64,000 bases of DNA, from assembly GCF_009914755.1 (NCBI RefSeq), contig NC_060933.1, one strand, 5' to 3'. The translations under genes were made by a program, and so were the position numbers. Positions 1 through 13,845 of the stretch are shown piece by piece (positions within the stretch are counted from its first letter, which is position 1; each line of letters starts with the position of its first letter). This DNA comes from the human T2T-CHM13v2.0 reference genome, Homo sapiens. A model generated the notes under the pieces. It saw only the letters and a list, made by a program, of their open reading frames with translations. It did not search any database and was not told where the DNA came from.

Positions 1-226
1 TATTCCGTACCATTCCATTCCATTGCATACAATTCCATTCCATTCCATTCCACTCCGTTCCGTTCCGTTCCGTTCCATTCCGTTCCATTCCATTCCATTC
101 CATTCTATTCGGTTTAATTCCATTCCATTCCATTCCATTCCATTCCATTCCATTCCATTCCATTCTATTACATTCCATTGCAATCGATTTGAATCCATTG
201 CATTCCATTCCATTCCATTCCATTCC

Positions 227-241
227 ATTCCGGAAGATTCC
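227..241. promoter_or_regulatory. Canonical 3-unit heat-shock element motif nTTCnnGAAnnTTCn (ATTCCGGAAGATTCC); first of ~36 copies
   Basis: The sequence reads ATTCC GGAAG ATTCC, i.e. three alternating nGAAn pentamers. The motif match is exact; HSF1 occupancy at this locus is not shown by sequence. Confidence 0.5.
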
Positions 242-3200
242 ATTCCATTGCATTCCATTCCATTCCATTCCATTCCATTCCATTCCATTCCATTCCATTC
301 CATTCCATTGCATTCCATTGTACTCGGGTTGATTCCATTCCATTGCATTCCATTCCATTCCATTCCATTCCATTCCATTCCATTCCATTCCGTTCCACTC
401 CATTCCGTTACATTCGGATTGATTCTTTTCAACTCCCTTACTCTCCATTACATTCCATTCCATTCGGGTTGTTCCATTCCATTCCATTCCATTCCACTCC
501 ATTCCATTGCACTCGGGTTGATTCCATTCCATTCCATTCCATTCCATTCCGGATGATTCCATTCCATTGCATTCCTTTCCATTACATTCCCCTGCACTCG
601 GGTTGATTCCATTCCATTCCATTCCATTCCATTCGATTCGATTCCATTCCCCTGCACTCGCGTTGATTCCATTCCATTCCATTCCATTCCATTCCATTCC
701 ATTCCATTCCTTTCCATTCCAGTCTTTTCCATTCCATTCCACTCGGGTTGATTCCATTCTATTAGTTTCCATTCCATTCCATTCCCTTCCATTCCACTCT
801 GGTTGATTCCATTCCTTTCCATTCCACTCGAATACATTCCCTCCTAATCCACTCGGAACGATTCCATTCCATTCCATTCCATTCCATTCCATTCCATTTC
901 GTTCCATTCCATTCTATTCCATATCATTCCATTCCATTCCATTCCATTCCATTCCATTCCATTCCATTCCACTCGTGTTGATTCCATTCCTTTCCATTCC
1001 ATTCGGTTTGAAGGCATTCCATTCCATTCCATTCCATTCCATTCCATTCCATTGTACTCGGGTTGATTCCATTCCATTGCATTGCCTTCCATTCCATTCT
1101 ATTCCATTCTGTTCCATTCCATTCCATTCCGTTCCATTCCATTCCATTACATTCGGATTTATTCTATTCAATTCCCTTACACTCCATTACATTCCATTCC
1201 ATTCGGGTAGTTTCCATTCCATTCCATTAAATTCCTCTCCATTCCATTGCACTCGGGTTGATTCCATTACATTGCATTCCATTCCATTCCATTCAATTCC
1301 ATTCCGTTCCATTCCATTCCATTCCATTCGGATTGATTCTATTCAACTCCCTTACTCTCCATTACATTCAATTCCTTTCGGGTTGTTCCATTCCATTCCA
1401 TTCCATTCCACTCCATTCCATTGCACTCGGGTTGATTCCATTCCATTCCATTCCATTCCATTCCGGAAGATTCCATTCCATTGCATTCCATTCCATTCCA
1501 TTCCCCTGCACTCGCGTTGATCCCATTCCATTCCATTCCATTCCATTCCATTCCATTCCTTTCCTTTCCATTCCATTCCATTCCATTCCATTCCATTCCA
1601 TTCCAATCCACTGCATTCCGTTCCGTTCCGTTCCATTCAATTCCATTCCATTCTATTCGGGTTAATTCCATTCCATTCCATTCGATTGCAATCGAGTTGA
1701 TTCCATTCCATTCTATTCCATTCCATTCCATTCCTTTCCATTCCAGTACGGATGATTCCATTCCATTGCATTCCATTCCATTCCATTCCCCTGTACTCGG
1801 GTTGATTCCATTCCATTCCATTCCAATCCATGCCATTCCACTCGTGTTGATTCCATTCTTTCCATTCCATTCAAGTTGAATCCATTCCATTGCATTCCAT
1901 TCCATTCCATTACCCTGCAGTCGGGTTGATTCCATTCCATTCCATTACATTACATTACATTCCATTGCATTCCGTTCCGTTCCATTCCATTCCATTCCAT
2001 TCTATTCGGGTTAATTCCATTCCATTCCATTCCATTCCAATCGAGTTGATTCCATTCCATTCCATTCCATTCCACTCCATTCCAGTCCTTTCCATTCCAC
2101 TCCACTCGGGTTGATTCCAATGTATTCCTTTCCATTCCATTCCATTCCATTGCAATCGAGTTGATTCCATTGCTTTGCATTCCATTCCATTCCATTCCCC
2201 TGCAGTCGGGTTGATTCCATTCCATTCCATTCCATTCCATTCCATTCCATTCCATTCCGGATGATTCCATTCCATTGCATTCCGTTCCATTACATTCCCC
2301 TGCACTCGGGTTGATTCCATTCCATTCCATTCCATTCCATTCGATTCCATTCCATTCCAATTCTTTCCATTCCATTCTATTCCGTACCATTCCATTCCAT
2401 TCCATACAATTCCATTCCATTCCATTCCACTCCGTTCCGTTCCGTTCCGTTCTGTTCCGTTCCATTCCATTCCATTCCATTCTATTCGGTTTAATTCCAT
2501 TCCATTCCATTCCATTCCATTCTATTCCATTCCATTGCAATCGAGTTGAATCCAGTGCATTCCATTCCATTCCATTCCATTCCATTGCATTCCATTCCAT
2601 TCCATTCCATTCCATTCCATTCCATTCCATTCCATTCCATTGTACTCGGGTTGATTCCATTCCATTGCATTCCATTCCATTCCATTCCATTCCATTCCAT
2701 TCCGTTCCATTCCATTCCATTACATTCGGATTGATTCTTTTCAACTCCCTTACTCTCCATTACATTCCATTCCATTCGGGTTGTTCCATTCCATTCCTTT
2801 CCATTCCACTCCATTCCATTGCACTCGGGTTGATTCCATTCCATTCCATTCCATTCCTTTCCGGATGATTCCATTCCATTGCATTCCGTTCCATTACGTT
2901 CCCCTGCACTCGGGTTGATTCCATTCCATTGCTTTCCATTCCATTCGATTCCATTCCATTCCCCTGCACTCGCGTTGATTCCATTCCATTCCATTCCTTT
3001 CCATTCCATTCCATTCCATTCCTTTCCGTTCCATTCCATTCCACTCCATTCCATTCCGTTCCGTTCCATTCCATTCCATTCCATTCTATTCGGGTTAATT
3101 CCATTCCATTCCATTCGATTGCAATCGAGTTGATTCCATTCCATTCCATTCCATTCCATTCCATTCCATTCCATTCCAGTCCTTTCCATTCCTTTCCATT

Positions 3201-4829
3201 CCATTACTGATGATTCCATTCCATTGCATTCCATTCCATTCCATTCCCCGGTACTCGGGTTGATTCCATTCCATTCCATTCCAATCCATGCCATTCCACT
3301 CGTGTTGATTCCATTCTTTCCTTTCCATTCAAGTTGAATCCATTCCATTGTATTCCATTCCATTTGATTCCATTCGATTGCACTCGGGTTGATTCCATTA
3401 CAATGCATTCCATTCCATTCCATTCCATTCCATTCCATTCCCTTCCATTCCACTCTGGTTGATTCCATTCCTTTCCATTCCACTCGAATACATTCCCTCC
3501 TATTCCACTCGGAACGATTCCATTCCATTCCATTCCATTCCATTCCATTCCATTCCATTCCATTCCATTCCATTTCGTTCCATTCCATTCTATTCCGTAT
3601 CATTCCATTCCATTCCATTCCATTGCATTCCATTCCATTCCATTCGATTCCATTGTACTCGGGTTGATTCCATTCCATTGCATTCCATTCCATTCCATTC
3701 CATTCCACTCCGTTGCATTCCATTCCATTACATGCGGATTGATTTTATTCAACTCCCTTACTCTCCATTACATTTCATTCCATTGGGGTTGTTCCATTCC
3801 ATTCCATTCCATTCCACTCCATTCCATTGCACTCGGGTTGATTCCATTCCATTCCATTCCATTCCATTCCATTCCATTCCATTCCATTCCGGATGATTCC
3901 ATTCCATTGCATTCCGTTCCATTACATTCCCCTGCAGTCGCGTTGATTCCATTCCATTCCATTCCATTCCATTCAATTCCATTCCATTACAATTCGTTCC
4001 ATTCCATTCTATTCCGTACCATTCCATTCCATTCCATAGCATTCCATTCCATTCCATTTCATTCCATTGCATTCCATTCCATTCCATTCCTTTCCATTCC
4101 AATATGGATGATTCCATTCCATTGCATTCCATTCCATTCCATTCCCCTGTACTCAGGTTGATTCCATTCCATTTCATTCCAATCCATGCCATTCCACTCG
4201 TGTTGATTCCAATCTTTGCATTCCATTCAAGTTGAATACATTCCATTGCATTCCATTCAATTCGATTCCATTCGATTGCACTCGGGTTGATTCCATTCCA
4301 TTGCATTCCATTCCATTCCTTTCCATTCCATTCCATTCCGTTCCATTCCATTACTTTACATTCGGATTGATTCTATTCAATTCCCTTACACTCCATTCCA
4401 TTCCATTCCATTCGGGTAGTTTCCATTCCATTCCATTCCATTCCATTCCTCTCCATTCCATTGCACTCGGGTTGATTCCATTCCATTGCATTCCATTCCA
4501 TTCCATTCAATTCCATTCCGTTCCATTCCATTCCATTACATTCGGATTGATTCTATTCAACTCCATTACTCTCCATTACATTCCATTCCATTCGGGTTGT
4601 TCCATTCCATTCCATTCCATTCCACTCCATTCCATTGCACTCGGGTTGATTCCATTCCATTCCATTCCATTCCATTCCATTCCATTCCACTCCATTCCGG
4701 AAGATTCCATTCCATTCCATTCCATTCCATTCCATTCCATTCCATTCCTATCCGTTCCATTCCATTCCATTCCATTCCAATCCATTCCATTCCGTTCCGT
4801 TCCGTTCCGTTCCATTCCATTCCATTCCA

Positions 4830-7800
4830 TTCTATTCGGGTTAATTCCATTCCATTCCATTCGATTGCAATCAAGTTGATTCCATTCCATTCCATTCCAT
4901 TCCATACCATTCCATTCCTTTCCATTCCATTACGGATGATTCCATTCCATTGCATTCCATTCCATTCCATTCCCCTGTACTCGGGTTGATTCCATTCCAT
5001 TCCATTCCAATCCATGCCATTCCACTCGTGTTGATTCCATTCTTTCCATTCCATTCAAGTTGAATCCATTCCATTGCATTCCATTCCATTCCATTCCCCT
5101 GCAGTCGGGTTGATTCCATTCCATTCCATTCCATTCCATTCCATTCCATTCCATTCCGTTCCGTTCCATTCCATTCCATTCCATTCTATTCGGGTTAATT
5201 CCATTCCATTCCATTCCATTCCATTCCAATCGAGTTGATTCCATTCCATTCCATTCCATTCCATTCCACTCCATTCCAGTCCTTTCCATTCCATTCCACT
5301 CGGGTTGATTCCAATGTATTCCTTTCCATTCCATTCCATTCCATTGCAATCGAGTTGATTCCATTGCTTTGCATTCCATTCCATTCCATTCCATTCCGGT
5401 TGATTCCATTCCATTGCATTCCATTCCATTCCATTCCCCTGCACTCGGGTTGTTTCCATTCCATTCCACTCCATTCCGTTCCATTCCATTCCATTCCATT
5501 GTATTCGGGTTAATTCCATTCCATTCCATTCCATTCCATTCCATTCCATTACAATCGAGTTGATTCCATTCCATTCCATTCCATTCCAGTCCTTTCCATT
5601 CCATTCCACTCGGGTTGATTCCATTCTATTAGTTTCCATTCCATTCCATTCCCTTTCATTCCACTCTGGTTGATACCATTCCTTTCCATTCCACTCAAAT
5701 ACATTCCCTCCTATTCCACTCGGAACGATTCCATTCCATTCCATTCCATTCCATTCCATTCCATTCCATTCCATTTCGTTCCATTCCATTCTATTCCGTA
5801 TCATTCCATTCCATTCCATTCCATTCCATTCCATTCCATTCCATTCCATTGCATTCCATTGTACTCAGGTTGATTCAATTCCATTGCATTCCATTCCATT
5901 CCGTTCTATTCCATTCCATTACATTCGGATTGATTCTATTCAACTCCCTTACTCTACATTACATTACATTCCATTCGGGTTGTTCCATTCCATTCCATTC
6001 CATTCCACTCCATTCCATTGCACACGGGTTGATTCCATTCCATTCCATTCCATTCCATTCCATTCCATTCCATTCCATTCCATTCCGGATGATTCCATTC
6101 CATTGCATTCCGTTCCATTACATTCCCCTGCACTCGCGTTGATTCCATTCCATTCCATTCAATTCCGTTCCATTACAATTCGTTCCATTCCATTCTATTC
6201 CGTACCATTCCATTCCTTTCCATACCATTCCATTCCATTCCATTCCATTCCATTCCGTTCCATTCCGTTCCATTCCATTCCATTCCATTCTATTCGGATT
6301 AATTCCATTCCATTCCATTCCATTCCATTCCATTCTATTCCATTCCATTGCAATCGAGTTGAATCCATTGCATTCCATTCCATTCCATTCCATTCCATTC
6401 CGGAAGATTCCATTCCATTGCATTCCATTCCATTCCATTCCCCTGCACTCGCGTTGATTCCATTCCATTCCATTCCATTCCATTCCATTCCGTTCCGTTC
6501 CATTCCATTCCATTCCATTCTATTCGTGTTAATTCCATTCCATTCCATTCGATTGCAATCGAGTTGATTCCATTCCATTCTATTCCATTCCATTCAATTC
6601 CATTCCATTCCTTTCCATTCCATTACGGATGATTCCATTCCATTGCATTCCATTCCATTCCATTCCCCTGTACTCGGGTTGATTCCATTCCATTCCATTC
6701 CAATCCATGCCATTCCACTCGTGTTGATTCCATTCTTTCCATTCCATTCAAGTTGAATCCATTCCATTGCATTCCATTCCATTCCATTCCCCTGCAGTCG
6801 GGTTGATTCCGTTCCCTTCCATTCCATTCCATTCCATTCCATTCCGTTCCGTTCCGTTCCATTCCATTCCATTCCATTCTATTCGGGTTAATTCCATTCC
6901 ATTCCATTGCATTCCATTCCAATCGAGTTGATTCCATTCCATTCCATTCCATTCCATTCCACTCCATTCCAGTCCTTTCCATTCCATTCCACTCGGGTTG
7001 ATTCCAATGTATTCCTTTCCATTCCATTCCATTCCATTGCAATCGAGTTGATTCCATTGCTTTGCATTCCATTCCATTCCATTCCATTCTGGATGATTCC
7101 ATTCCATTGCATTCCATTCCATTCCATTCCATTCCATTCCATTCCATTCCGTTCCATTCCATTCCATTACATTCGGATTGATTGTATTCAATTCCCTTAC
7201 ACTCCATTACATTCCATTCCATTCGGGTAGTTTCCATTCCATTCCATTCCATTCCTCTCCATTCCATTGCACTCGGGTTGATTCCATTCCATTGCATTCC
7301 ATTCCATTCCATTCCATTCCATTCCGTTCCATTCCATTCCATTACATTTGGATTGATTCTATTCAACTCCCTCACTCTCCATTACATTCCATTCCATTCG
7401 GGTTGTTCCATTCCATTCCATTCCATTCCACTCCATTCCATTGCACTCGGGTTTATTCCATTCCATTCCATTCCATTCCATTCCAATCCATTCCATTCCT
7501 TTCCGTTCCGTTCCATTCCATTCCATTCCATTCTATTTGGGTTAATTCCGTTCCATTCCATTCGATTGCAATCGAGTTGATTCCATTCCATTCTATTCCA
7601 TTCCATTCCATTCCATTCCATTCCTTTCCATTCCATTCCATTACGGATGATTCCATTCCATTGCATTCCATTCAATTCCATTCCCCTGTACTTGGGTTGA
7701 TTCCATTGCATTCCATTCCAATCCATGCCATTCCACTCGTGTTGATTCCATTCTTTCCATTCCATTCAAGTTGAATCCATTCCATTGCATTCCATTCCAT

Positions 7801-8570
7801 TCCATTCCCCTGCAGTCGGGTTGATTCCATTCCATTCCATTCCATTCCATTCCATTCCATTCCGTTCCGTTCCATTACATTCCATTCCATTCTATTCGGG
7901 TTAATTCCATTCCATTCCATTCCATTCCATTCCAATCGAGTTGATTCCATTCCATTCAATTCCATTCCATTCCACTCCATTCCAGTCCTTTCCATTCCAT
8001 TCCACTCGGGTTGATTCCAATGTATTCCTTTCCATTCCATTCCATTCCATTGCAATCGAGTTGATTCCATTGCTTTGCATTCCATTCCATTCCATTCCAT
8101 TCCGGATGATTCCATTCCATTGCATTCCATTCCATTCCATTCCCCTGCACTCGGGTTGATTCCATTCCATTCCACTCCATTCCGTTCCATTCCATTCCAT
8201 TCCATTGTATTCGGGTTAATTCCATTCCATTCCATTCCATTCCATTCCATTACAATCGAGTTGATTCCATTCCATTCCATTCCATTCCAGTCCTTTCCAT
8301 TCCATTCCACTCGGGTTGATTCCATTCTATTAGTTTCCATTCCATTCCATTCCCTTCCATTCCACTCTGGTTGATACCATTCCTTTCCATTCCACTCGAA
8401 TACATTCCCTCCTATTCCACTCGGAACGATTCCATTCCATTCCATTCCATTCCATTCCATTCCATTCCATTTCGTTCCATTCCATTCTATTCCGTATCAT
8501 TCCATTCCATTCCATTCCATTCCATTCCATTCCATTCCATTCCATTCCATTGTACTCGGGTTGATTCAAT
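4830..8570 (+). repeat. ~3.7-kb direct duplication, copy 1 (partner ~10127-13845)
   Basis: Shared rare variants: CAATCAAGTTG (4868/10165), CCGGTTGATT (~5396/~10698), TTCGTGTTAAT (~6524/~11790), GTACTTGGG (~7688/~12955). Identical translations in the ORF track: 4871..5179 = 10168..10476, 6907..7230 = 12174..12497, 8075..8374 = 13347..13646. Confidence 0.9.
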
Positions 8571-10126
8571 TCCATTGCATTCCATTCCATTCCATTCCGT
8601 TGCATTCCATTCCATTACATTCGGATTCATTCTATTCAACTCCCTTACTCTCCATTACATTCCATTGCACTCGGGTTGATTCCATTCCATTCCATTCCAT
8701 TCCATTCCATTCCATTCCATTCCGGATTATTCCATTCCATTGCATTCCATTCCATTACATTCCCCTGCACTCGCGTTGATTCCATTCCATTCCATTCCAT
8801 TCCATTCCATTCCATTCCGTTCCATTCCGTTCCATTCCGTTCCATTCCATTCCATTCCATTCTATTCGGATTAATTCCATTCCATTCCATTCCATTCCAT
8901 TCTATTCCATTCCATTGCAATCGAGTTGAATCCATTGCATTTCATTCCATTCCATTCCATTCCGGAAGATTCCATTCCATTGCATTCCATTCCATTCCAT
9001 TCCCCTGCACTCGCGTTGATTCCATTCCATTCCATTCCATTCCATTCCATTCCGTTCCGTTCCGTTCCATTCCATTCCATTCCATTCCATTCCGTTCCGT
9101 TCCATTCCATTCCATTCCATTCCATTCTATTCGGGTTAATTCCATTCCATTCCATTCGATTGCAATCGAGTTGATTCCACTCCATTCCATTCCATTCCAT
9201 TCCATTCCATTCCTTTCCATTCCATTACGGATGATTCCATTCCATTGCATTCCATTCCATTCCATTCCCCTGTACTCGGGTTGATTCCATTCCATTCCAT
9301 TCCAATCCATGCCATTCCACTCGTGTTGATTCCATTCTTTCCATTCCATTCAAGTTGAATCCATTCCATTGCATTCCATTCCTTTCGATTCCATTCTATT
9401 GCACTCGGGTTGATTCAATTCCATTGCATTCCATTCCATTCCATTCCATTCCATTCCGTTGCATTCCATTCCATTACATTCGGATTGATTCTATTCAACT
9501 CCCTTACTCTCCATTACATTCCATTCCATTCGGGTTGTTCCATTCCATTCCATTCCATTCCACTCCATTCCATTGCACACGGGTTGATTCCATTCCATTC
9601 CATTCCATTCCATTCCATTCCATTCCATTCCATTCCGGATGATTCCATTCCATTACATTACCCTGCACCCGCGTTGATTCCATTCCATTCCATTCCATTC
9701 AATTCCATTCCTTTACAATTCGTTCCATTCCATTCTATTCGGTACCATTCCATTCCATTCCATACCATTCCATTCCATTCCATTCCATTCCATTCCGTTC
9801 CATTCCGTTCCATTCCATTCCATTCCATTCTATTCGGGTTAATTCCATTCCATTCCATTCCATTCCATTCCATTCCATTCTATTCCATTCCATTGCAATC
9901 GAGTTGAATCCATTGCATTTCATTCCATTCCATTCCATTCCATTCCATTCCGGAAGATTCCATTCCATTGCTTTCCATTCCATTCCATTCCCCTGCACTC
10001 GCGTTGATTCCATTCCATTCCATTCCATTCCATTCCATCCATTCCGTTCCGTTCCGTTCCATTCCATTCCATTCCATTCCATTCCATTCCATTCCGTTCC
10101 GTTCCATTCCATTCCATTCCATTCCA

Positions 10127-13100
10127 TTCTATTCGGGTTAATTCCATTCCATTCCATTCGATTGCAATCAAGTTGATTCCATTCCATTCCATTCCATTCC
10201 ATACCATTCCATTCCTTTCCATTCCATTACGGATGATTCCATTCCATTGCATTCCATTCCATTCCATTCCCCTGTACTCGGGTTGATTCCATTCCATTCC
10301 ATTCCAATCCATGCCATTCCACTCGTGTTGATTCCATTCTTTCCATTCCATTCAAGTTGAATCCATTCCATTGCATTCCATTCCATTCCATTCCCCTGCA
10401 GTCGGGTTGATTCCATTCCATTCCATTCCATTCCATTCCATTCCATTCCATTCCGTTCCGTTCCATTCCATTCCATTCCATTCTATTCGGGTTAATTCCA
10501 TTCCATTCCATTCCATTCCATTCCATTCCAATCGAGTTGATTCCATTCCATTCCATTCCATTCCATTCCACTCCATTCCAGTCCTTTCCATTCCATTCCA
10601 CTCGGGTTGATTCCAATGTATTCCTTTCCATTCCATTCCATTCCATTGCAATCGAGTTGATTCCATTGCTTTGCATTCCATTCCATTCCATTCCATTCCG
10701 GTTGATTCCATTCCATTGCATTCCATTCCATTCCATTCCCCTGCACTCGGGTTGTTTCCATTCCATTCCACTCCATTCCGTTCCATTCCATTCCATTCCA
10801 TTGTATTCGGGTTAATTCCATTCCATTCCATTCCATTCCATTCCATTCCATTACAATCGAGTTGATTCCATTCCATTCCATTCCATTCCAGTCCTTTCCA
10901 TTCCATTCCACTCGGGTTGATTCCATTCTATTAGTTTCCATTCCATTCCATTCACTTTCATTCCACTCTGGTTGATACCATTCCTTTCCATTCCACTCGA
11001 ATACATTCCCTCCTATTCCACTCGGAACGATTCCATTCCATTCCATTCCATTCCATTCCATTCCATTCCATTTCGTTCCATTCCATTCTACTCCGTATCA
11101 TTCCATTCCATTCCATTCCATTCCATTCCATTCCATTCCATTCCATTGTACTCAGGTTGATTCAATTCCATTGCATTCCATTCCATTCCGTTCTATTCCA
11201 TTCCATTACATTCGGATTGATTCTATTCAACTCCCTTACTCTACATTACATTACATTCCATTCGGGTTGTTCCATTCCATTCCATTCCATTCCACTCCAT
11301 TCCATTGCACACGGGTTGATTCCATTCCATTCCATTCCATTCCATTCCATTCCATTCCATTCCGGATGATTCCATTCCATTGCATTCCGTTCCATTACAT
11401 TCCCCTGCACTCGCGTTGATTCCATTCCATTCCATTCAATTCCGTTCCATTACAATTCGTTCCATTCCATTCTATTCCGTACCATTCCATTCCTTTCCAT
11501 ACCATTCCATTCCATTCCATTCCGTTCCATTCCGTTCCATTCCATTCCATTCCATTCTATTCGGATTAATTCCATTCCATTCCATTCCATTCCATTCCAT
11601 TCTATTCCATTCCATTGCAATCGAGTTGAATCCATTGCATTCCATTCCATTCCATTCCATTCCATTCCGGAAGATTCCATTCCATTGCATTCCATTCCAT
11701 TCCATTCCCCTGCACTCGCGTTGATTCCATTCCATTCCATTCCATTCCATTCCATTCCGTTCCGTTCCATTCCATTCCATTCCATTCTATTCGTGTTAAT
11801 TCCATTCCATTCCATTCGATTGCAATCGAGTTGATTCCATTCCATTCTATTCCATTCCATTCCATTCCATTCCATTCCTTTCCATTCCATTACGGATGAT
11901 TCCATTCCATTGCATTCCATTCCATTCCATTCCCCTGTACTCGGGTTGATTCCATTCCATTCCATTCCAATCCATGCCATTCCACTCGTGTTGATTCCAT
12001 TCTTTCCATTCCATTCAAGTTGAATCCATTCCATTGCATTCCATTCCATTCCATTCCCCTGCAGTCGGGTTGATTCCGTTCCCTTCCATTCCATTCCATT
12101 CCATTCCATTCCGTTCCGTTCCGTTCCATTCCATTCCATTCCATTCTATTTGGGTTAATTCCATTCCATTCCATTGCATTCCATTCCAATCGAGTTGATT
12201 CCATTCCATTCCATTCCATTCCATTCCACTCCATTCCAGTCCTTTCCATTCCATTCCACTCGGGTTGATTCCAATGTATTCCTTTCCATTCCATTCCATT
12301 CCATTGCAATCGAGTTGATTCCATTGCTTTGCATTCCATTCCATTCCATTCCATTCTGGATGATTCCATTCCATTGCATTCCATTCCATTCCATTCCATT
12401 CCATTCCATTCCATTCCGTTCCATTCCATTCCATTACATTCGGATTGATTGTATTCAATTCCCTTACACTCCATTACATTCCATTCCATTCGGGTAGTTT
12501 CCATTCCATTCCATTCCATTCCTCTCCATTCCATTGCACTCGGGTTGATTCCATTCCATTGCATTCCATTCCATTCCATTCAATTCCATTCCGTTCCATT
12601 CCATTCCATTACATTTGGATTGATTCTATTCAACTCCCTTACTCTCCATTACATTCCATTCCATTCGGGTTGTTCCATTCCATTCCATTCCATTCCACTC
12701 CATTCCATTGCACTCGGGTTTATTCCATTCCATTCCATTCCATTCCATTCCAATCCATTCCATTCCGTTCCGTTCCGTTCCATTCCATTCCATTCCATTC
12801 TATTTGGGTTAATTCCGTTCCATTCCATTCGATTGCAATCGAGTTGATTCCATTCCATTCTATTCCATTCCATTCCATTCCATTCCATTCCTTTCCATTC
12901 CATTCCATTACGGATGATTCCATTCCATTGCATTCCATTCAATTCCATACCCCTGTACTTGGGTTGATTCCATTGCATTCCATTCCAATCCATGCCATTC
13001 CACTCGTGTTGATTCCATTCTTTCCATTCCATTCAAGTTGAATCCATTCCATTGCATTCCATTCCATTCCATTCCCCTGCAGTCGGGTTGATTCCATTCC

Positions 13101-13845
13101 ATTCCATTCCATTCCATTCCATTCCATTCCATTCCGTTCCGTTCCATTACATTCCATTCCATTCTATTCGGGTTAATTCCATTCCATTCCATTCCATTCC
13201 ATTCCAATCGAGTTGATTCCATTCCATTCAATTCCATTCCATTCCACTCCATTCCAGTCCTTTCCATTCCATTCCACTCGGGTTGATTCCAATGTATTCC
13301 TTTCCATTCCATTCCATTCCATTGCAATCGAGTTGATTCCATTGCTTTGCATTCCATTCCATTCCATTCCATTCCGGATGATTCCATTCCATTGCATTCC
13401 ATTCCATTCCATTCCCCTGCACTCGGGTTGATTCCATTCCATTCCACTCCATTCCGTTCCATTCCATTCCATTCCATTGTATTCGGGTTAATTCCATTCC
13501 ATTCCATTCCATTCCATTCCATTACAATCGAGTTGATTCCATTCCATTCCATTCCATTCCAGTCCTTTCCATTCCATTCCACTCGGGTTGATTCCATTCT
13601 ATTAGTTTCCATTCCATTCCATTCCCTTCCATTCCACTCTGGTTGATACCATTCCTTTCCATTCCACTCGAATGCATTCCCTCCTATTCCACTCGGAACG
13701 ATTCCATTCCATTCCATTCCATTCCATTCCATTCCATTCCATTTCGTTCCATTCCATTCTATTCCGTATCATTCCATTCCATTCCATTCCATTCCATTCC
13801 ATTCCATTCCATTCCATTCCATTCCATTCCATTGTACTCAGGTTG
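10127..13845 (+). repeat. ~3.7-kb direct duplication, copy 2 (offset 5267-5302 bp)
   Basis: Same diagnostic variants as copy 1. The offsets 5297, 5302, 5267 and 5272 differ only by multiples of 5. Confidence 0.9.

Noticed and set aside
630-645. HSat2 assignment from CATTCGATTC motifs
   Set aside because: These motifs are sporadic. Long pure CATTC runs with CAACCCGAGT-type linkers are HSat3 features.
843-865. GGAACGATTC in the landmark as a second HSE class
   Set aside because: GAA and TTC are separated by 3 nt rather than 2, so the pentamers are out of HSE register.
5698-13671. Apparent regular ~2.65-kb higher-order repeat (landmarks 5698, 8399, 11000, 13671)
   Set aside because: The 8399-11000 interval has a different linker order from its neighbours. 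The regularity comes from one 3.7-kb duplication plus a coincidental spacer length.
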